Shown: positions 26,705-30,790 of the stretch, piece by piece
How the letters are laid out: every line of letters begins with the position of its first letter
How positions within the stretch are numbered: position 1 is the first letter of the stretch
Source of the DNA: a virus
Lineage: Duplodnaviria > Caudoviricetes
Direction: 5' to 3' (one strand)
Length of the DNA: 30,790 bases
IMG/VR virus record: IMGVR_UViG_3300033076_001106
Coordinates: 1 to 30,790 of that record
Notes under the pieces: generated by a model
The model's input: the letters and a program-made list of their open reading frames with translations, nothing else
Database searches by the model: none
What the model was told of the DNA's origin: nothing
Made by a program: the position numbers and the translations under genes

Positions 26705-27257
26705 TTTTTTCTTCTAAAATTGAAAGTTCAAAACCGACTCTTATTACGTTAGATAAAGTTCCTGAACGGTACTTTGCCATTTTGTCATCGGATTCTTTAT
26801 CAGAATTCATTATTGATTGGAATTCATCTTCTGATAATTTAACTCCGTTGTTCACCGCATAATATACCGCTCTTTCACCTGATTTCATTGAAACTTCTTG
26901 TTCGTTGAATTCGTACATTTTACCAAGATTTTTTCTATGCCACTCACTTGGGTTTGGTTTAAACATAAATGTTTTACCAATTTGAGATAAGAAGATACAT
27001 TTTAAAATTGAAGAGGTTTGAACTCTCATCGTTTCGGGTAATAAATCATTTGTTTTTACCGAATATTTTGCGGCTTTAAAACAATGATTTAATAATCCAC
27101 CCGGAAAACAACCATACATATCTAATGAGGTTGATGCGGGTGCTGTGAAGAAATCGTCACCCAAAAAGTCTAACAATTCTTGTGTGAAAATTTTGTACTT
27201 GGAATTTGTTTCAAGAAATTTTTTCTTGTTAGATTCGATTTGTTCTGCGGTAATCAT
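26691..27257 (-). CDS. HD-domain-like protein (YhaM/Cbf1-type fold) with degenerate HD motif
   Basis: FFTAPAS......PGGLLNH...LSQIGK aligns to APAS..HH...GGL..H...LHDIGK. Confidence 0.7.
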   Translation of the reverse strand: MITAEQIESNKKKFLETNSKYKIFTQELLDFLGDDFFTAPASTSLDMYGCFPGGLLNHCFKAAKYSVKTNDLLPETMRVQTSSILKCIFLSQIGKTFMFKPNPSEWHRKNLGKMYEFNEQEVSMKSGERAVYYAVNNGVKLSEDEFQSIMNSDKESDDKMAKYRSGTLSNVIRVGFELSILEEKNGQK

Positions 27258-27262
27258 TTTAT

Positions 27263-27496
27263 TTATTTTTTAAAGTAATCAGGTGTGTTTTGTGGGTCGA
27301 TAATACATTCGATTGGCATTTTAACAATTGCCAAACTTTCCGATGAACGCATGTCACCCGCTCTGTATTTTGAAACAACTATAGTTGCTTCTTCTACTGA
27401 TTCGGCTTCCACAATGTACTTAACTTTTTGTAATCTTGGATTACCATTTCTGTCTAAATTTTCGGTTTCATAACCTACTGTTACTAAATAATGCAT
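27263..27496 (-). CDS. DUF4494-like small protein
   Basis: V.YE....NG....KVKYIVEAESVEEA pattern recalled for DUF4494 (Bacteroidota-associated); needs HMM confirmation. Confidence 0.6.
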   Translation of the reverse strand: MHYLVTVGYETENLDRNGNPRLQKVKYIVEAESVEEATIVVSKYRAGDMRSSESLAIVKMPIECIIDPQNTPDYFKK

Positions 27497-27509
27497 GTTT
27501 TTTTTGTTT

Positions 27510-28730
27510 TTAAATTATTGATTTGAAAAATTGTGTTCTGTTTTCTGAGACCGTTACTAATGAATATTTGTCTTTTACCGTTTCATACAAACGGTTACCC
27601 AAGTCTTCTACCATGTTTGGATTTTCGATTAATATCTTCATGTATTTGGACCACAATTTGTGATTTTTATTTTCATGAACTAATAAGGCGTTTCCATCAT
27701 TAAGTAGTTTACCTTCTTTATATGCTGTTTTAAGGTCTATCGTATAGGGCATCGTCTCACTTGCAATAATAGGTTTTTTGTGAAAACCAGCCTCAATTAT
27801 TTTTAATTGTGATTTACAAGAATTGAATTCTGACGGAATAATCGGAGCTAAGGATACGTCAAACAAATTATAATTTGAACCGTATCTACCAATTGGTTGT
27901 GTCCAAACTCTTCTATATTTCTTTTCACTAACATCAATTTCAGGTGTTTGTGTGAAATTCATTAAATATGATTTGTACTCAGGGTCAACTGTTTTGTAAT
28001 TGTCCGTAAAGATTTGTTCATACTTATACCAAACCGTCTCCATTGGTTTGATTGGTCTTGTTTTTCTTTCATTTGTTTGTGGATTCACTTCTGTGATAGA
28101 CCCCCTTAAATCATAACCACATAATACAAATTGTACGTTGTTATATTGGTTTGCAATCATCGAAATACCACTTCTAATTTGTTCTAAATCATGTAAGTGG
28201 GTTGAACCCCCTAACCATCCGAATCTAAGTCTATCTGATTTTGTTGGTTTTGGTTGAAATTGACTTTCATTTGGGTCAATGGCATTTGGGAAAACTAAAA
28301 CATTTTTTAGATTTAATCTTCTTCTTAAGGTGTCCGCAAAGAATTCGGTTGTACATGTCACATAGTCCGATTCTTTCATCATTTCAGCCTTTTTCTTAGG
28401 TAATTCATTTTCTCTAATATGAAAATACATAGGATGTCTATGGTCTGGTGACCAATGGTCATCAATGTCCATGACTGTCTTAATACCTTGAGTTTTCAAC
28501 CATTTGATTCTTGCGATGTTCTCCTCGTGATTCGTTTGATGGATAAAACTATGAAAGACTACGATATCGTAGTTTTTGAAGAAGTTGTCATTATTTTCTA
28601 CTGACAGAGCAATGTCTACGTGGAATTCGTCTGCGTAATGGTCTCCAATAAATTTATATGGGTCTAATATTCTATATTTACCCACACCATGTGTATCGGG
28701 GGGTATTGCTAAAATTCTAATTTTTGACAT
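27510..28730 (-). CDS. glycosyltransferase, GT-B fold
   Basis: GVGKYRI..P, MDIDDHW, VFPNAID, FGWLGGSTH..DL and DVSLAPI....FN.CKSQLKIIEAG...KPIIAS. Confidence 0.88.
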   Translation of the reverse strand: MSKIRILAIPPDTHGVGKYRILDPYKFIGDHYADEFHVDIALSVENNDNFFKNYDIVVFHSFIHQTNHEENIARIKWLKTQGIKTVMDIDDHWSPDHRHPMYFHIRENELPKKKAEMMKESDYVTCTTEFFADTLRRRLNLKNVLVFPNAIDPNESQFQPKPTKSDRLRFGWLGGSTHLHDLEQIRSGISMIANQYNNVQFVLCGYDLRGSITEVNPQTNERKTRPIKPMETVWYKYEQIFTDNYKTVDPEYKSYLMNFTQTPEIDVSEKKYRRVWTQPIGRYGSNYNLFDVSLAPIIPSEFNSCKSQLKIIEAGFHKKPIIASETMPYTIDLKTAYKEGKLLNDGNALLVHENKNHKLWSKYMKILIENPNMVEDLGNRLYETVKDKYSLVTVSENRTQFFKSII

Positions 28731-28751
28731 TCAAATTTTTCCTTTTTATAA

Positions 28752-28779
28752 AGTATAAGAAAAAAAATTGAAAAGTCAA
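28752..28779 (-). promoter_or_regulatory. sigma70-like promoter for the GT-HD-dut operon
   Basis: Minus strand TTGACT-N16-TATACT, 21 nt upstream of the ATG at 28730. Confidence 0.55.
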
Positions 28780-28781
28780 AC

Positions 28782-29360
28782 TTACTTAGATTTATTTACG
28801 CCAGTGATTTTACCTTTAAAAACCGAATCACCAACCTTTAATACCAAATTTTCATTGATAGTCATGGTTTGTTGGGCGGTTAAAATTTGATTGAGTTTTG
28901 AGTCCATAATCTCAACAACAGTTTTTCTTACAATGTTTTCAATAATTGGAGTTAACTGTTTTACTAAATCAGAGCTATCAACCGAGGATGCTCTTTGTTG
29001 TGTTGATTTTTTTGTTGAGACTCCTTCACTTTCCATAAGTTTTTTTGTTTTTTCAACAAAATTCAAATCTAAAGAATCGGACAAACTAATTTGTGGAATT
29101 GGATTTTCAATCATTGCTCTTTTAATTGCTTCAGGTAATTTAGACTCCTGTATTCTTTGTAAATTAGGTTGTTGTGGTTGTCTTATTTGAGTCGTTTGTG
29201 CTGATGGTGTAACATCTTCTGGGTTACTCCTTAGTATTTGCTCGTTAACATTACCAGTTTCAAAATCACCGGTTTCAACTTTATTCATTACTTTTTTTGC
29301 TTGTACTAATCTCTGCATCAAATCATTTTGTGATATTACACCTTGTCCTGTTTTTTCCAT
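28782..29360 (-). CDS. hypothetical protein
   Basis: 192-aa ORF containing SKLPEAIKRAMIENPI and a C-terminal beta hairpin LKVGDSVFKGKI; TACTTATT motif variant upstream (29377-29384). Confidence 0.78.
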   Translation of the reverse strand: MEKTGQGVISQNDLMQRLVQAKKVMNKVETGDFETGNVNEQILRSNPEDVTPSAQTTQIRQPQQPNLQRIQESKLPEAIKRAMIENPIPQISLSDSLDLNFVEKTKKLMESEGVSTKKSTQQRASSVDSSDLVKQLTPIIENIVRKTVVEIMDSKLNQILTAQQTMTINENLVLKVGDSVFKGKITGVNKSK

Positions 29361-29387
29361 ATCGATTTTTTTATAAAATAAGTATTT

Positions 29388-30242
29388 TTAAAAGAAAATT
29401 AAAGTCTTGATTCTTTTTAGTTGTTCTTGTAATTCAACAGTTTCTTCTGGTGATGGCTCAATGACTTTAATGTTATCTTGTTTTAATAATTTATCTAATT
29501 CAATTTCTGAATCTTTTTCAATTCTTCTTCTCGTTCCTTCACCCGCGTTTGTATTTGCACCAATATCTATTTGTGATTTTTTCCAATCATCCATTTTTTT
29601 CTTGTACAAATCGTCAATTGAGTTTTTAAATTCTTCAGGACTAATTTGTTTAATGTTGTCGACAACTTTGACCTTTGTTTTCAAATCATTGAAAACTTCA
29701 ACATCCCTTTTTGGGACTTCAATTGGTGTTGCTAGTGGTTTATCTTTTGGTTTTGGTTGTGGTAATTCTTGTTTTTGTGGTTCCTGTTTAGGTTTTGGTT
29801 CAACCGACGGTGTTGGTTTTGTTTGTTGAGGTTCTTTCACAGTTCCCCAATCACTTGTTACATATGTTGTAGAAAAACTACTATCATCACCTTCTTTATA
29901 TCCGGGTCTTTTTTGATTGAATTGTTCGTCTTCATAAACTTGGATTGAACCTGATGATATTCTGTCTAAAATAAATGTTCTCCATCCATGCTCCCTAAAT
30001 CCTTTTTTAGAAACCGATGGGGGTTGAACCCATCCCCTTACCGCTAAATTTCCTTTTTTGGTTAATCCTGATGCAACTAATTCCGCTTTAATTCTTCTTC
30101 CCGGTAGCACCTCACCTTTTGGTCCTCTGTAATCAAAAGAAACAGGCATTCTATTTTTAATTGCATATTCAAGTGTTTTTTGTGTCCCCCTTGAAGGTGC
30201 TTCCATAAGAATGTTTGTTAATATTGATTCAAAATTTATCAT
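29388..30242 (-). CDS. stand-alone WYL-domain protein with Pro/Lys/Gln linker
   Basis: LEYAIKNR..VSFDY......R......G....GN.AVRGW.....GWRTFILDRI matches the WYL pattern; no N-terminal HTH. Confidence 0.75.
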   Translation of the reverse strand: MINFESILTNILMEAPSRGTQKTLEYAIKNRMPVSFDYRGPKGEVLPGRRIKAELVASGLTKKGNLAVRGWVQPPSVSKKGFREHGWRTFILDRISSGSIQVYEDEQFNQKRPGYKEGDDSSFSTTYVTSDWGTVKEPQQTKPTPSVEPKPKQEPQKQELPQPKPKDKPLATPIEVPKRDVEVFNDLKTKVKVVDNIKQISPEEFKNSIDDLYKKKMDDWKKSQIDIGANTNAGEGTRRRIEKDSEIELDKLLKQDNIKVIEPSPEETVELQEQLKRIKTLIFF

Positions 30243-30790
30243 TAAAAATCAGGATAAGTTTTTGTACTGCCGTATTTGTTTTTTGCACCCAATACAGTTC
30301 TCTCATTTATATCTGTTACGGTACCCACTCCACCCGTGTTGTTTTCACCTCGACCTCTTTCGTCTCCGTCAGAAAGTGCGTTCGGGTTTACAGATGAATA
30401 ACCGAAATTATTATTATAAATATTTTTCGCTAAAAGTGTGGTTCTCTCATTTATATCTGTTACAGTACCAACACCACCTGTGTTATTTTCCCCTCTACCT
30501 CTTTCATCACCGTCAGAAAGTGCGTTCGGATTACCTGAAGAGTATTGAAAAGAATTGTTGTAAACATTTTTAGCCAACAATGTATTTCTTTCAGTAATAT
30601 CTGTTTTTGAACCGATACTATTGTTTAATTCACCTTTACCTTTTTCATCACCGTCAGAAAGAGCGTTTGGATTTCCACTATTGTATTGATTAGTTGGTCC
30701 GTATGGATTCTTAGCAACTAAAGAAGTTCTTTCTACAATATCGGTTTTAGAACCAACGTTTCCATTCAATTCACCTTTACCTCTTTCGTC
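30242..30790 (-). CDS. tandem-repeat protein, 3' part only; starts beyond the window end
   Basis: The frame stays open to 30790 (DERGKGELNGNVGS...), so the track start at 30769 is an internal TTG inside a repeat unit. Confidence 0.85.
   Translation of the reverse strand, partial: DERGKGELNGNVGSKTDIVERTSLVAKNPYGPTNQYNSGNPNALSDGDEKGKGELNNSIGSKTDITERNTLLAKNVYNNSFQYSSGNPNALSDGDERGRGENNTGGVGTVTDINERTTLLAKNIYNNNFGYSSVNPNALSDGDERGRGENNTGGVGTVTDINERTVLGAKNKYGSTKTYPDF
30270..30790 (-). repeat. 141/144-bp coding tandem repeat (47-48 aa)
   Basis: ccgtcagaaa recurs at 30366, 30510 and 30651. Unit consensus GExxxx(G)VGxxTDIxERxxLxAKNxYxxxxxYxSxNPNALSDGDE[RK]G[RK]. Confidence 0.92.

Noticed and set aside
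1-30790. Stop-codon reassignment, as found in some large phages
   Set aside because: Core genes are full length under code 11 with high coding density, and TAA, TAG and TGA all occur at sensible gene ends.
30270-30790. Repeats as a CRISPR array
   Set aside because: The period is 141/144 bp (a multiple of 3), variation is largely synonymous, there are no unique spacers, and the frame is open throughout.

Overview
This AT-rich, gene-dense window comes from a large T4-related (huge/jumbo-type) myophage that uses the standard genetic code. The + strand (308-14628) carries the head morphogenesis block: large terminase, portal, prohead protease, scaffold and major capsid protein. A ribosomal protein bS21 gene sits antisense between portal and protease, which matches the described bS21-encoding freshwater huge phages. 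The bS21 sequence type, a DUF4494-like gene, a TAnnTTTG element and SD-less A-rich start contexts point to a Bacteroidota host. The - strand (14581-30790) carries probable internal head proteins, baseplate/spike genes, a gp55-like sigma factor, three glycosyltransferases, PhoH, dUTPase, degenerate HAD and HD proteins, a stand-alone WYL protein and a 47/48-aa repeat protein. Five observations stand out: (i) a TATTTAT(A/T) motif, the reverse complement of the T4 late promoter, upstream of first-in-operon structural genes on both strands; (ii) in four cases it lies only 3-4 nt from the ATG, suggesting leaderless mRNAs; (iii) short helical motifs and [IL]xE|A/S protease-type sites are shared between head assembly proteins and non-structural-looking proteins, suggesting a capsid cargo-addressing and polyprotein system; (iv) bS21 retains the Bacteroidia Tyr54; (v) several enzyme folds have lost catalytic residues. 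All family assignments are by-eye motif recognition, not database searches. No tRNA, rRNA, CRISPR array, intron, intein or transposon was recognised.
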